A stretch of 64,000 nt of DNA. Source: an uncultured Spirochaetales bacterium. GTDB taxonomy: Bacteria; Spirochaetota; Spirochaetia; SPDA01; CAZSGZ01. The notes below the pieces were generated by a model. It was not told where the DNA came from, did no database searches, and was given only the letters and a program-made list of their open reading frames with translations. The DNA lies in the NCBI GenBank assembly GCA_964440465.1, contig CAYTSI010000005.1, forward strand, positions 151 through 64,150. The letters are read 5' to 3'. A program made the translations under genes and the position numbers. This document shows, in pieces, positions 28,389 to 37,693 of the stretch. Positions within the stretch are counted from its first letter, which is position 1. Every line of letters begins with the position of its first letter.

Positions 28389-29285
28389 ATGGCACGAACG
28401 ACAATAACAGAGGCAATAGCGGCGCGGAAAGTACTCGTTTCCGACGGCGCGTGGGGAACAATGATGCAGATGGGGGGGCTCTCGCCGGGTGAATGCCCGG
28501 AGGCCTGGAACACGGAAAAGGCCGATACGGTATTCGAAATCGGCAAGGCGTATATCGATGCCGGGTCCGATATTATCGAGACAAACAGCTTCGGCGGAAC
28601 ATCATATAAATTGAAGTACTACGGTCTTGAAGACCGGGTCGAAATACTGAATAAACTGGCCGCGGAATTGTCCCGGAAGGCCGCCGGCGAGGACAGATGG
28701 GTAATGGGGTCCATGGGACCGACAGGGAAGCTAACGGTAATGGGGGACATAACGGAAGAGGAATATTTCACCGCCTTCACCGAGCAGGCAAAGGCCCTCG
28801 AGGCTGGCGGCGCGGACGCGCTGATGATAGAAACCCAAATGGCCCTTGATGAGGCGTTGGCAGCGGTCCGGGCCGGGAAAGAACATACCTCTCTCGAGAT
28901 TATCGCCTCGTTTACTTTTGAAGAAACCGAAAAAGGCGGTTTTAAAACGATGATGGGTGTAAGCCCCGCGCGGGCGGTTACGGCTGCCGTGGACGCCGGG
29001 GCCTCGATTATCGGCGCGAACTGCGGCAGAGGCTATGCAGGAATGGAACGGGTAATACGGGAGTTCAAGGAGGCCCGCCCGGATGTACCTGTCCTTATTC
29101 AGACAAATGCCGGAATTCCGAAGCAGGAGGACGGGGTAGATGTGTTCCCCGCGACACCGGAGGAGATGGCGGGACAGGTGCCGCTATGGATTGAAGCCGG
29201 GGCCTCGATTATCGGCGGCTGCTGCGGAACGACGGAACAGCATATTGCCGCGATCCGGAAAGCCGTCGATGAATATCTACGCTGA
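28389..29285 (+). CDS. Stand-alone homocysteine S-methyltransferase domain (MetH Hcy-binding-domain-like, Zn-dependent)
   Basis: LVSDGAWGTMMQ (cf. LDGAMGT), GANCG, C-terminal GGCCGTT zinc-site motif. Confidence 0.75.
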   Translation: MARTTITEAIAARKVLVSDGAWGTMMQMGGLSPGECPEAWNTEKADTVFEIGKAYIDAGSDIIETNSFGGTSYKLKYYGLEDRVEILNKLAAELSRKAAGEDRWVMGSMGPTGKLTVMGDITEEEYFTAFTEQAKALEAGGADALMIETQMALDEALAAVRAGKEHTSLEIIASFTFEETEKGGFKTMMGVSPARAVTAAVDAGASIIGANCGRGYAGMERVIREFKEARPDVPVLIQTNAGIPKQEDGVDVFPATPEEMAGQVPLWIEAGASIIGGCCGTTEQHIAAIRKAVDEYLR

Positions 29286-29299
29286 CAAAAGGACGGAAC

Positions 29300-30349
29300 A
29301 TGGACCGAAAACTGAAGCTCTCGATTAGGAAAACTGAAAATGAAAAACTCCGGGGGGAAATTCAAACCCGCCTCGACGACTTGACGAAGCCCCCGGGAAG
29401 CCTGGGACGGTTGGAAGAACTGGTTATGCAGTACTGTCTCTGCAGAGGTAATGCCGATGCCGTACTTGAAAAAATGAAGATTTTTACCTTTGCCGGGGAC
29501 CACGGGATTACCGAAGAAGGCGTCAGCCCCTATCCCTCGGAGGTTACCATGCAGATGGTGATGAACATGGCCGCCGGCGGGGCCGCTATCAGTGTGCTCT
29601 GTAAGAACGCGGGAATCGAATATTCCGTTGTGGATATCGGCGTTGCCGGGGACCTTCCGAAGATTGACGGCATTATCTATCAAAAAATTGCACGGGGGAC
29701 GGAGAATTTTGCCAAAGGGCCGGCAATGACGGAGGAGCAGTGCTTCAATGCCCTGCAGGCGGGCATTGATCTCGCCGGCGCGGGACCCCGCGACCTGTAT
29801 GGCGTCGGGGAGATGGGGATTGGCAACACTTCATCCGCTTCCGCCCTCTGTGCCCTTTTGCTGGGAATACCGGCCGAGGAAACAGTCGGTGCCGGGACCG
29901 GAGCGTCGGGAGATCTTCTGGCGCGAAAAAAAGAAGTCATACGGGCGGCGGTTCATTTTCACCGAAAGTCCTGGGACGGAAGCGGGTTTGACGCCCTGCG
30001 CCGTGTCGGGGGGTATGAACTTGCCGGAATGGCCGGTGTCATGCTGGGTGCCGCCGCGAAAAGGGTCCCGACCGTGGTCGACGGCTTTATCTCCTCCGCG
30101 GCGGCGCTGGCGGCGCTTCGTATCTGTCCCGAAACGGAGGATTATCTTATCTTTTCTCACGCATCGGCGGAACATTATCACCGGGCTTTTTTAGAAAAAC
30201 TTTCCGTCAAGCCGGTAATGGACCTGCGGATGCGTTTAGGTGAGGGGACCGGTTCCGCCCTGGCAATGCAGATTATTCAGCAGGGAATGAACTGCTATCA
30301 CCAGATGGCCACCTTCAGTTCCGCCGGGGTTTCGGGGACGGAGGAATAG
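29300..30349 (+). CDS. cobT: Nicotinate-nucleotide--dimethylbenzimidazole phosphoribosyltransferase
   Basis: [15 protein letters not shown] and [14 protein letters not shown] signature motifs. Confidence 0.85.
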   Translation: MDRKLKLSIRKTENEKLRGEIQTRLDDLTKPPGSLGRLEELVMQYCLCRGNADAVLEKMKIFTFAGDHGITEEGVSPYPSEVTMQMVMNMAAGGAAISVLCKNAGIEYSVVDIGVAGDLPKIDGIIYQKIARGTENFAKGPAMTEEQCFNALQAGIDLAGAGPRDLYGVGEMGIGNTSSASALCALLLGIPAEETVGAGTGASGDLLARKKEVIRAAVHFHRKSWDGSGFDALRRVGGYELAGMAGVMLGAAAKRVPTVVDGFISSAAALAALRICPETEDYLIFSHASAEHYHRAFLEKLSVKPVMDLRMRLGEGTGSALAMQIIQQGMNCYHQMATFSSAGVSGTEE

Positions 30350-30356
30350 CCGCGGC

Positions 30357-31271
30357 ATGCCGATTAAAATACCCGACAATTTACCCGCCCACCTTGTCTT
30401 GTCCCGGGAAAACATCTTCGTTATGGACGAGACCCGGGCAATCCATCAGGATATCAGGCCGTTAAAAATCCTTTTACTCAATTTGATGCCGACAAAAATT
30501 ACGACGGAAACCCAGGTGATGCGTCAGCTTTCCAACTCGCCCCTGCAGATCGAGGTTGAGCTGCTGCATCCGAAAACGCATATACCGAAAAACACCCCTT
30601 CCGAGCATCTGCTGGCTTTTTATAAAACCTTTGACGATGTGAAACATCAAAAATACGACGGCCTTATTATTACCGGCGCGCCTGTTGAGCGTATCGAATT
30701 TGAAGAGGTCACCTACTGGGAAGAGCTTACCCGCATTATGGAATGGTCGATACATCATGTAACGTCGACAATGCACGTCTGCTGGGCCGCCCAGGCGGGG
30801 CTGTACTATCATTACGGGATAAAAAAGCACGATCTTTCGAAAAAAATGTTCGGTGTCTTCCCGCATTCCACCCTGAACAGATCGATACCCCTAGTCCGCG
30901 GCTTCGATGACGTGTTTGTCGCCCCCCATTCGAGGCATACGGAGGTCCGGCGGGAAGAAATCGCGGCCCATCCGGAGCTCGAACTTTTAAGTGAATCCCA
31001 GGAGGCGGGAGTATACATCGTTTTGGCGAAAAACGGCATGATTTTCGTAACCGGTCATGCCGAATACGATCCCCTTACCCTGAAGGAGGAGTACGAACGG
31101 GACCGGCAGAAGGGGGAGTACATCGAATTACCGAAAAACTACTTTATCAATGATGATCCGGGACTAGGCGTTATCGTCCGCTGGCGAAGCCACGCCCAGC
31201 TCCTCTTTTCGAACTGGCTTAATTACTACGTCTACCAGCTTACCCCCTATGATATGAACCAGATCCGGTAG
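30357..31271 (+). CDS. metA: Homoserine O-acyltransferase (MetA family)
   Basis: [16 protein letters not shown] and [15 protein letters not shown] motifs. Confidence 0.85.
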   Translation: MPIKIPDNLPAHLVLSRENIFVMDETRAIHQDIRPLKILLLNLMPTKITTETQVMRQLSNSPLQIEVELLHPKTHIPKNTPSEHLLAFYKTFDDVKHQKYDGLIITGAPVERIEFEEVTYWEELTRIMEWSIHHVTSTMHVCWAAQAGLYYHYGIKKHDLSKKMFGVFPHSTLNRSIPLVRGFDDVFVAPHSRHTEVRREEIAAHPELELLSESQEAGVYIVLAKNGMIFVTGHAEYDPLTLKEEYERDRQKGEYIELPKNYFINDDPGLGVIVRWRSHAQLLFSNWLNYYVYQLTPYDMNQIR

Positions 31272-31273
31272 CT

Positions 31274-32800
31274 TTACTCCTGAAAGATCCGTTTTGTCGC
31301 GTAGACAGGGTCCGCCGTCAAGTTTACGCCGATCCTCCTCAGTCCCGCCTCATCGCCGGGGCTCGGAATATGGGTCAGATGCATTTTGCAGCCCCGAATT
31401 TCGTGCAGTTTATCCATGCAGGCCTTGACCATCGGGGTGAGGGCGGAACTTATCGCTAAAGCGATCAGGGCCTCATCCACATCAAGACTGGGATGTTTCC
31501 CGCCTCCCACTTCCCGTTTAAAACCGGCGATGGATTCGATAATCAGCGGGGAAAGGAGGTGTATCGAATCCGGTACGCCCGCGAGTCTCTTCAGCCCGTT
31601 AATGATTGCCGCGGTTGCCGCGTGCAGCAGGTGGGAATTTTTTCCCGTTATCATTTCTCCCGAGGAAAGTTCCAAAGCGGCACCGCAGATGGTAAGTCCG
31701 TCGGCAACACCCCCTTTCGCGCCCAAACGTTCCGCTCTTTCCTCCACCGTTTTTCGGGCGGGAGTTACAACCGGCCGATACTCCGGTGTTATCCCCAGCT
31801 CCTTCAGAAGCATATGGGCTTTATTGAGAGACTCTATGTCAGCTAATCCCATCATATACTCACAGGCCGTCCGAAAATATCTGTAAACGGTTTCCTGCTT
31901 TGCCGATTCACGGGCAGCGTCGTCGTTAACAATAGCGAATCCCACGCGGTTTACCCCCATTTCCGTTGGGGACCGGTAGATCGGCCGGGAAGCGGTAATA
32001 CGTTCTAGTATCGCCTTTAAAATAGGAAAGGACTCCACGTCCCGGTTGTAGTTGATTGCACTTTCCCCCGCGGCCTCCAGGTGGAAAGGGTCGATACAAT
32101 TAACGTCCTTGAGGTCCAGTGTAGCAGCTTCGTAGGCAATATTGACGGGGTGTTTAAAGGGGAGGTTCCACACGGGGAAGGTTTCGAACTTCGCGTACAT
32201 TGCGGGGACCCCCCGTTTATAATCATGGTAAACCTGGGAGAGGCATGTTGCCATTTTCCCCGAACCGGGGCCGGGACCGGTAACCACCACCAGGGGGCTC
32301 GAGACTTCGATCCTGGGATTCGCGCCGTACCCTTCGCCGGAAACAATAAGGTCGATATCGGCAGGATAGCCGCTGATCGGCGCGTGCGTGTAGACCCTGA
32401 GTCCGCGGTTCTCCAGCTTCGTTTTGAATACTTTTGCCTGGCGCTGCCCCTCCCACCGGGTAATGACCACCGCGGACACGGCAAGACTTCTTTCGGCGAG
32501 ATCGTCGATGAGTTTCATGGCGTCGGCATCGTAGGTTATCCCGTAATCGGCCCGGATCTTCCGCTGTTCGATGGCTCCCGCGTGGATGCATAAAAGGATG
32601 TCCGCCTCCTTCTTAAGTTCCTTGAGAAGTCTGACTTTTATATTCGGATCATATCCGGGAAGGACCCGGGCGGCATGGAAGTCATTCAGCAGCTTTCCTC
32701 CGAATTCCAGGTAGAGCCTTCCTTTTGATGTACGCATCCGTTCTCTGATGCAAGAGGTCTGTTCTTGGAGGTAAATTTCGTTATCGAATGCCTTTTCCAT
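31274..32800 (-). CDS. Conserved protein, likely DUF1846/UPF0371 family
   Basis: 508-aa ORF; family assignment from memory of UPF0371 proteins, not verifiable here. Confidence 0.35.
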   Translation of the reverse strand: MEKAFDNEIYLQEQTSCIRERMRTSKGRLYLEFGGKLLNDFHAARVLPGYDPNIKVRLLKELKKEADILLCIHAGAIEQRKIRADYGITYDADAMKLIDDLAERSLAVSAVVITRWEGQRQAKVFKTKLENRGLRVYTHAPISGYPADIDLIVSGEGYGANPRIEVSSPLVVVTGPGPGSGKMATCLSQVYHDYKRGVPAMYAKFETFPVWNLPFKHPVNIAYEAATLDLKDVNCIDPFHLEAAGESAINYNRDVESFPILKAILERITASRPIYRSPTEMGVNRVGFAIVNDDAARESAKQETVYRYFRTACEYMMGLADIESLNKAHMLLKELGITPEYRPVVTPARKTVEERAERLGAKGGVADGLTICGAALELSSGEMITGKNSHLLHAATAAIINGLKRLAGVPDSIHLLSPLIIESIAGFKREVGGGKHPSLDVDEALIALAISSALTPMVKACMDKLHEIRGCKMHLTHIPSPGDEAGLRRIGVNLTADPVYATKRIFQE

Positions 32801-32953
32801 GGTAACGCCTTGTCCCGGGGCAGTCTAACCGGTATCCGGTCTTTTGGGAATAGAACAGATTGAATGATGTTTATTCCCCGCCGATGTTACAACTTTTTTA
32901 CAATTGTTTTACACTGGTCTGACTAAAAAAAATCTCCGGGATATAGATTTGTA

Positions 32954-34321
32954 ATGAAAGAATCTAATTGCAAGGAGAAAGAAATGAAAAAAAGCGGTAT
33001 TATAACGGTGTTTTTGGCGGCAGCGGTCGTTATCGGCGGTGTTTTCGGAGGGACAGAGCTGTCCGCGCAGACTGTGGACTTGAAGGTTTCCGTGTCGAAC
33101 CCGTATCTGCTCGCTGGGGAGCGGCAGAGTGTCTTTCTGAAGGTGGGGCTGACCGGGTTTGAGCTGGATGGACGGATAGACAGGCCGCCCGCGAATGTTT
33201 CTATTGTGCTGGACAAGTCGGGGTCGATGGAGGGGGAAAAGCTGGTCCGGGCGAAGGAAGCGGCGCTGTTAGCGGTGGAGATGCTCGGAGACAGGGACAT
33301 TGTTTCGATTGTGACCTATTCCGATACTGTATCGGTCCTGGTGCCCGCGACACGGGTATCGGAGCGGAGTTATATCCGGCGGCGGATCGAGTCGATTTTT
33401 GCCGGGGGATCGACGGCGCTGTTTGCCGGGGTGAGCAAAGGGGCCGACGAGGTGTCGAAATTCTTAGAGCGGAACAAGGTAAACCGGGTCATTCTTCTTT
33501 CCGACGGTCTGGCGAATGTGGGGCCGGATTCGCCTATGGCGTTAGGCAGTTTGGGAGAATCGTTGAAGCGCACGGGGATTTCGGTGACCACTATCGGCCT
33601 CGGCTTGGGTTACAATGAAGACTTGATGGTTGCTTTAGCGGAACGGAGCGACGGGAACCATGCTTTTGTGGAAAATTATCGCGATTTGACAAGGATTTTT
33701 CAGTATGAGTTTCAGGACATTCTGTCCGTGGTGGCGCAGGACGTGAAAATAGAAATTATATGCGACGAACGGATTGTTCCCCGGCGGATTTTAGGCAGAA
33801 ACGCGGAAATTATCGGGAACAAAGTGTATACCAACCTCAATCAGCTTTACAGCAATCAGGAAAAGTATCTGCTTATCGAGCTCGAAGTGCCCCCGTTTCA
33901 GGAGGGGACACAGATTGATGCCGCCCGGGTAAGTATACAGTATGATAATATGGGGACATACAAGTCCGATTATCTAACGGGGGCCGCGGCCGTCAGTTTT
34001 ACCCGGTCGAAGCAGGCTGTCGACGATGCGAAGGACCGGGCGACATTGGTAGACGCGGTAAAGCAGATAGCAACGGAACGGAGTGAAGAGGCCATCAGTC
34101 TGCGGGACAAGGGAGAGGTGGAGGAAGCACGGCGGGTTTTGCAGGCGAATTCCGAGTTTTTGCTGGAAGAGGCGGAAGAACTGGCATCGCCGGAACTGGA
34201 AGGATTAAGCCAGTCGATTCAGATGGACGCGGCGGCAATTGAGGATGATGCCGAGTGGAATTCCAACCGGAAACGGATGAAGAAGGAGTCCTATGAAGTC
34301 CAGAATCAGCAGAGTTACTAA
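32954..34321 (+). CDS. Secreted von Willebrand factor A (VWA) domain protein (likely start MKKSGII at 32984)
   Basis: Signal peptide; MIDAS motif IVLDKSGSMEG; C-terminal coiled/acidic region. Confidence 0.7.
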   Translation: MKESNCKEKEMKKSGIITVFLAAAVVIGGVFGGTELSAQTVDLKVSVSNPYLLAGERQSVFLKVGLTGFELDGRIDRPPANVSIVLDKSGSMEGEKLVRAKEAALLAVEMLGDRDIVSIVTYSDTVSVLVPATRVSERSYIRRRIESIFAGGSTALFAGVSKGADEVSKFLERNKVNRVILLSDGLANVGPDSPMALGSLGESLKRTGISVTTIGLGLGYNEDLMVALAERSDGNHAFVENYRDLTRIFQYEFQDILSVVAQDVKIEIICDERIVPRRILGRNAEIIGNKVYTNLNQLYSNQEKYLLIELEVPPFQEGTQIDAARVSIQYDNMGTYKSDYLTGAAAVSFTRSKQAVDDAKDRATLVDAVKQIATERSEEAISLRDKGEVEEARRVLQANSEFLLEEAEELASPELEGLSQSIQMDAAAIEDDAEWNSNRKRMKKESYEVQNQQSY

Positions 34322-35954
34322 CAAAAAACTAATTGCGGTTTTTCTACTATTGACCGCGGTACCGGTAGGGCTGCTGGGCTGGCTTGCCGTAGTGGGCTAC
34401 AGGTCCGAAGCGGAACGGACTCGGCAGCAGCTCGAGGCCCTGGGGAGGGAACGCCTTACCACCGTTAATCTGCAGATAGAACACCATTTTTCTTCCCTGG
34501 AATCGGAGCTGCTGGGCCTGCCGAATCTGTATGAGGCATTTACCCGCGGCGCCGGCGAAGGCGCCGGCGCCGCGGGGACGGAGGAGCTGCGGGAACTTAC
34601 CCGTGAAAATTTTCTTTTTCGCCAGGTTTTTATCCTCGATAGCGAAAACCGCATGCTTTTCCCCGATGCTGAAATGCCGTTAAGCGAAAATGAACGTGAT
34701 TTTCTCCTTCGGACAAAGGAGATTGGGCTCTCCCGGGGGCTGTTTGAAAATAGCAGCGAGAAACGTACCGGTACACAGGAGTACGGCTGGTATACCTGGT
34801 ATTTAGGTGAAGGCATCAATTTTATTTTCTGGCAAAAAGGGGAACAAAAAGGGGGGACAGAGCAAGAAAAAAGCGTGATAACCGCTGTTGAATTAAACCG
34901 TATGGCCGTTATTTCCGGTGTTATCCGGGGACTTCCGGCAACCGACCCTAAGAGCGGTGACAGGTTTCGCGTGGTTTTAAAGGATGTCGGGAATAATGAA
35001 GTGTATATATGGGGCAGCTATGTTCCTGAAGAGGGGATTCCGCCAACGGCAACTGCTTCGGTAGTACCGCCGCTTGCCGCGTGGAGTCTCGAATATTACC
35101 TTCCGCCGGGGACAGAGGAGGCGGCCGCGGGAAGAATTATCCCGCTGTTCGGCGTAATCGGGTTTGTTTCCCTGGCGATTATCGGTTTGGCGGTGTATTT
35201 TTACCGGGAAAGTAGGAGGGAAGTCCGTGAAGCGTATAAAAAGGTCAGTTTCGTCAATCAGGTCAGCCATGAATTGAAAACTCCGTTAACGAATATCCGA
35301 ATGTACGCGGAGCTTCTCGAGAACAGGCTGCCTGAAGAGGATGAGAGGGGAAGCAGCTATCTCGATATCGTTATATCCGAAAGCAGAAGGCTGGGCAGGC
35401 TGATAGGCAATGTGCTTACCTTTGCAAGAGAGGGGCAAAACGGGGCCGCGTTTTCTCCCTCGGAGGAAGTCCCGGACCGGATCGTACAAGCGGTGGTCGG
35501 GAATTTTCGCGCCTCCCTGGAATCGAAAAAAATTCACGTTGAGTTGGACCTTCATGCCGGTACGGCGGTGATGATAGACAGGGACATTACCGAACAAATA
35601 GTGAGTAATCTAATCAGCAATGTGGAAAAGTATGCCGCCTCCGGCGAGTACCTGGGAATACAAACAAAGCAGTACGGGCAAACCGCGAAGAGCTTTACTA
35701 CTGAAATTACCGTTGTCGACAAGGGGCCGGGAATTCCGAAGGGTTTGCGGGAAAAGGTGTTTTCGCCGTTTTTCAGAATCAGCAGCAAGTCGACAGACGG
35801 GATTTCCGGGACCGGTATCGGTTTGTCGATTGTCCGCGGTCTGGCAAAGAAACACGGCGGAAGCGCGGCTGTAATTTCCGGCGGGGGGCCGGGGACAGAG
35901 CTGCGGGTTGTTTTGAAAACTGAAAGAGGACAAAATGAAAATACTGTTAGCTGA
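34293..35954 (+). CDS. Sensor histidine kinase (two TM, periplasmic sensor, HisKA + HATPase_c)
   Basis: VNQVSHELKTPLTNI H-box, G-boxes (DKGPGIP, GTGIGLSIV). Confidence 0.8.
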   Translation: MKSRISRVTNKKLIAVFLLLTAVPVGLLGWLAVVGYRSEAERTRQQLEALGRERLTTVNLQIEHHFSSLESELLGLPNLYEAFTRGAGEGAGAAGTEELRELTRENFLFRQVFILDSENRMLFPDAEMPLSENERDFLLRTKEIGLSRGLFENSSEKRTGTQEYGWYTWYLGEGINFIFWQKGEQKGGTEQEKSVITAVELNRMAVISGVIRGLPATDPKSGDRFRVVLKDVGNNEVYIWGSYVPEEGIPPTATASVVPPLAAWSLEYYLPPGTEEAAAGRIIPLFGVIGFVSLAIIGLAVYFYRESRREVREAYKKVSFVNQVSHELKTPLTNIRMYAELLENRLPEEDERGSSYLDIVISESRRLGRLIGNVLTFAREGQNGAAFSPSEEVPDRIVQAVVGNFRASLESKKIHVELDLHAGTAVMIDRDITEQIVSNLISNVEKYAASGEYLGIQTKQYGQTAKSFTTEITVVDKGPGIPKGLREKVFSPFFRISSKSTDGISGTGIGLSIVRGLAKKHGGSAAVISGGGPGTELRVVLKTERGQNENTVS

Positions 35955-36621
35955 AGATGATCAGTTTACCCGGGAGGGACTATCGGAGATTTTTGAACGG
36001 GAAGGGTACAACGTAACCACCGCGGGGGACGGAGCCGCGGCAATTGAGCTGTTTCGGGAAAGTCGGCCGGATATGGTTGTTCTTGATATTATGATGCCGG
36101 AGATAAGCGGCTATGATGTCTGCAGGAAAATTAGAAAAGAGGACAAACACGTGCCCGTCATCTTTTTAAGTGCAAAATCGGAGGAAATTGACAAGGTTGT
36201 AGGGCTCGAACTGGGGGCAGACGACTATATTTCGAAGCCCTTCGGCGTGCGGGAAGTTGTCGCGCGGATCCGGGCCGTTACGAGGAGAGTGATGAATGCA
36301 GGATCAGAATCACCTGCTGCCGTTGAAACCTTCGTGCTGGGAGACCTTGAGGTATATCCGGCCGAGCTGAAGGCCCAGAGAGGGACGGAGGAAATCGATT
36401 TGAGTCTGCGTGATGTGAAAATACTGTCGCTTTTTGCCCGAAACAGGGGGAAAGTCCTTAGCCGGGACGAGATCTACAACACCGGCTGGGGAATCAGCCA
36501 CATGCCGAATTCACGGACCCTCGATCAGCATATATCACAACTGAGAAAAAAAATCGAAGTAGACCCCAAAAATCCTCAGATTATTACGACTGTCCATTCC
36601 GCGGGCTACCGGTATCCCTGA
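35935..36621 (+). CDS. OmpR-family response regulator
   Basis: MKILLAEDD...DVLDIMMP...winged-helix C-terminus (TVHSAGYRY). Confidence 0.85.
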   Translation: MKILLAEDDQFTREGLSEIFEREGYNVTTAGDGAAAIELFRESRPDMVVLDIMMPEISGYDVCRKIRKEDKHVPVIFLSAKSEEIDKVVGLELGADDYISKPFGVREVVARIRAVTRRVMNAGSESPAAVETFVLGDLEVYPAELKAQRGTEEIDLSLRDVKILSLFARNRGKVLSRDEIYNTGWGISHMPNSRTLDQHISQLRKKIEVDPKNPQIITTVHSAGYRYP

Positions 36622-36722
36622 GGCGGTTCGATAGGTGTTATTTGTACAGTCCTATTTCGGAAACTTGGATATCGGCATCGAATTCGGCTTTTGCCGCTAC
36701 TACGGCAATACTTTTTAGGTGT

Positions 36723-37592
36723 TCAGTTTTTACATCGGGCGGTCTGCCGTTTAAAAACAATGTCCCCGAGGGTGACTCCAAGTTCCCGGGCCACGCAGAC
36801 GCATTTCGTCCTCAAAAGAAAGTAGATATTTGCTTCGAGTTCGGAGAGGGTTTCAAAGTTTGCATGCCCCTTGCTGATGATGATATCGGCACTGGAAAAG
36901 CAGTTTTTGAATTCATCGGAAGTGTGGTCCCAATGAACACCCAGATGCCCCGATCCGGTCCCGATAACCTTGACAATATCGGTCAGTCCGGCGAATTCGG
37001 CGTCTTCCATGGTTACATCGTTGATAATCGGGGCTGATTTTACAGAATATGTCAGCTCTGTCCCCAGTTCCAGCAGTTCTTCAACGAAGACCCGGTCAAA
37101 AATGATTTCTCCCGAGTTGTCTCCAATGTAAAGGACCTTTGCGCCCGGCCCGATGTCTTCGCGGAATTGTTCAATATCGTCAATTGCAAAGGTCTGTTCC
37201 GCAATCGGCAGTACGTCACGCTCGACTTTCAGGTCCGGATTAATTCCGAAATCGATAATATTTCCCGCCACGGCCATGTGGACCGCGCTGCGTAACGGGT
37301 CATCCGAGGTAAACACCAGTTTTTCCAGCGTCGGCAGCAGGTCCTTCGCCTGTCTGTTAGTCTCTGCTTTCATGCTTTTATACGGATCGGCTTCTCCGGT
37401 AACCTCCGTAACAATATCGTACACGTGCTGCGAAACTGCCGCCGGGGTGTCCCGGTCTAACACCATTTCTTTTACGCGATCGGCAAGCCGCCGGATAACT
37501 TCTTCCCATTCATCCGGATTATTCGACGCTATTTTTGATGTACGTATCGCCTGGCCGAAAATACAGGAGAGGCATTCAGGATATGCTTTCAT
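36723..37592 (-). CDS. DUF89 (ARMT1-like) metal-dependent phosphatase family protein
   Basis: GDNSGEIIFD motif characteristic of DUF89. Confidence 0.55.
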   Translation of the reverse strand: MKAYPECLSCIFGQAIRTSKIASNNPDEWEEVIRRLADRVKEMVLDRDTPAAVSQHVYDIVTEVTGEADPYKSMKAETNRQAKDLLPTLEKLVFTSDDPLRSAVHMAVAGNIIDFGINPDLKVERDVLPIAEQTFAIDDIEQFREDIGPGAKVLYIGDNSGEIIFDRVFVEELLELGTELTYSVKSAPIINDVTMEDAEFAGLTDIVKVIGTGSGHLGVHWDHTSDEFKNCFSSADIIISKGHANFETLSELEANIYFLLRTKCVCVARELGVTLGDIVFKRQTARCKN

Positions 37593-37693
37593 GCTGTTTC
37601 ATACCATGCCTCGGTGTCTTGTGCAAGAGCGGCTCGTTTAAAAGATTTGCCGGAATGATTGTATTTCGGCACAAATTTGCGTACTTTTATGAT

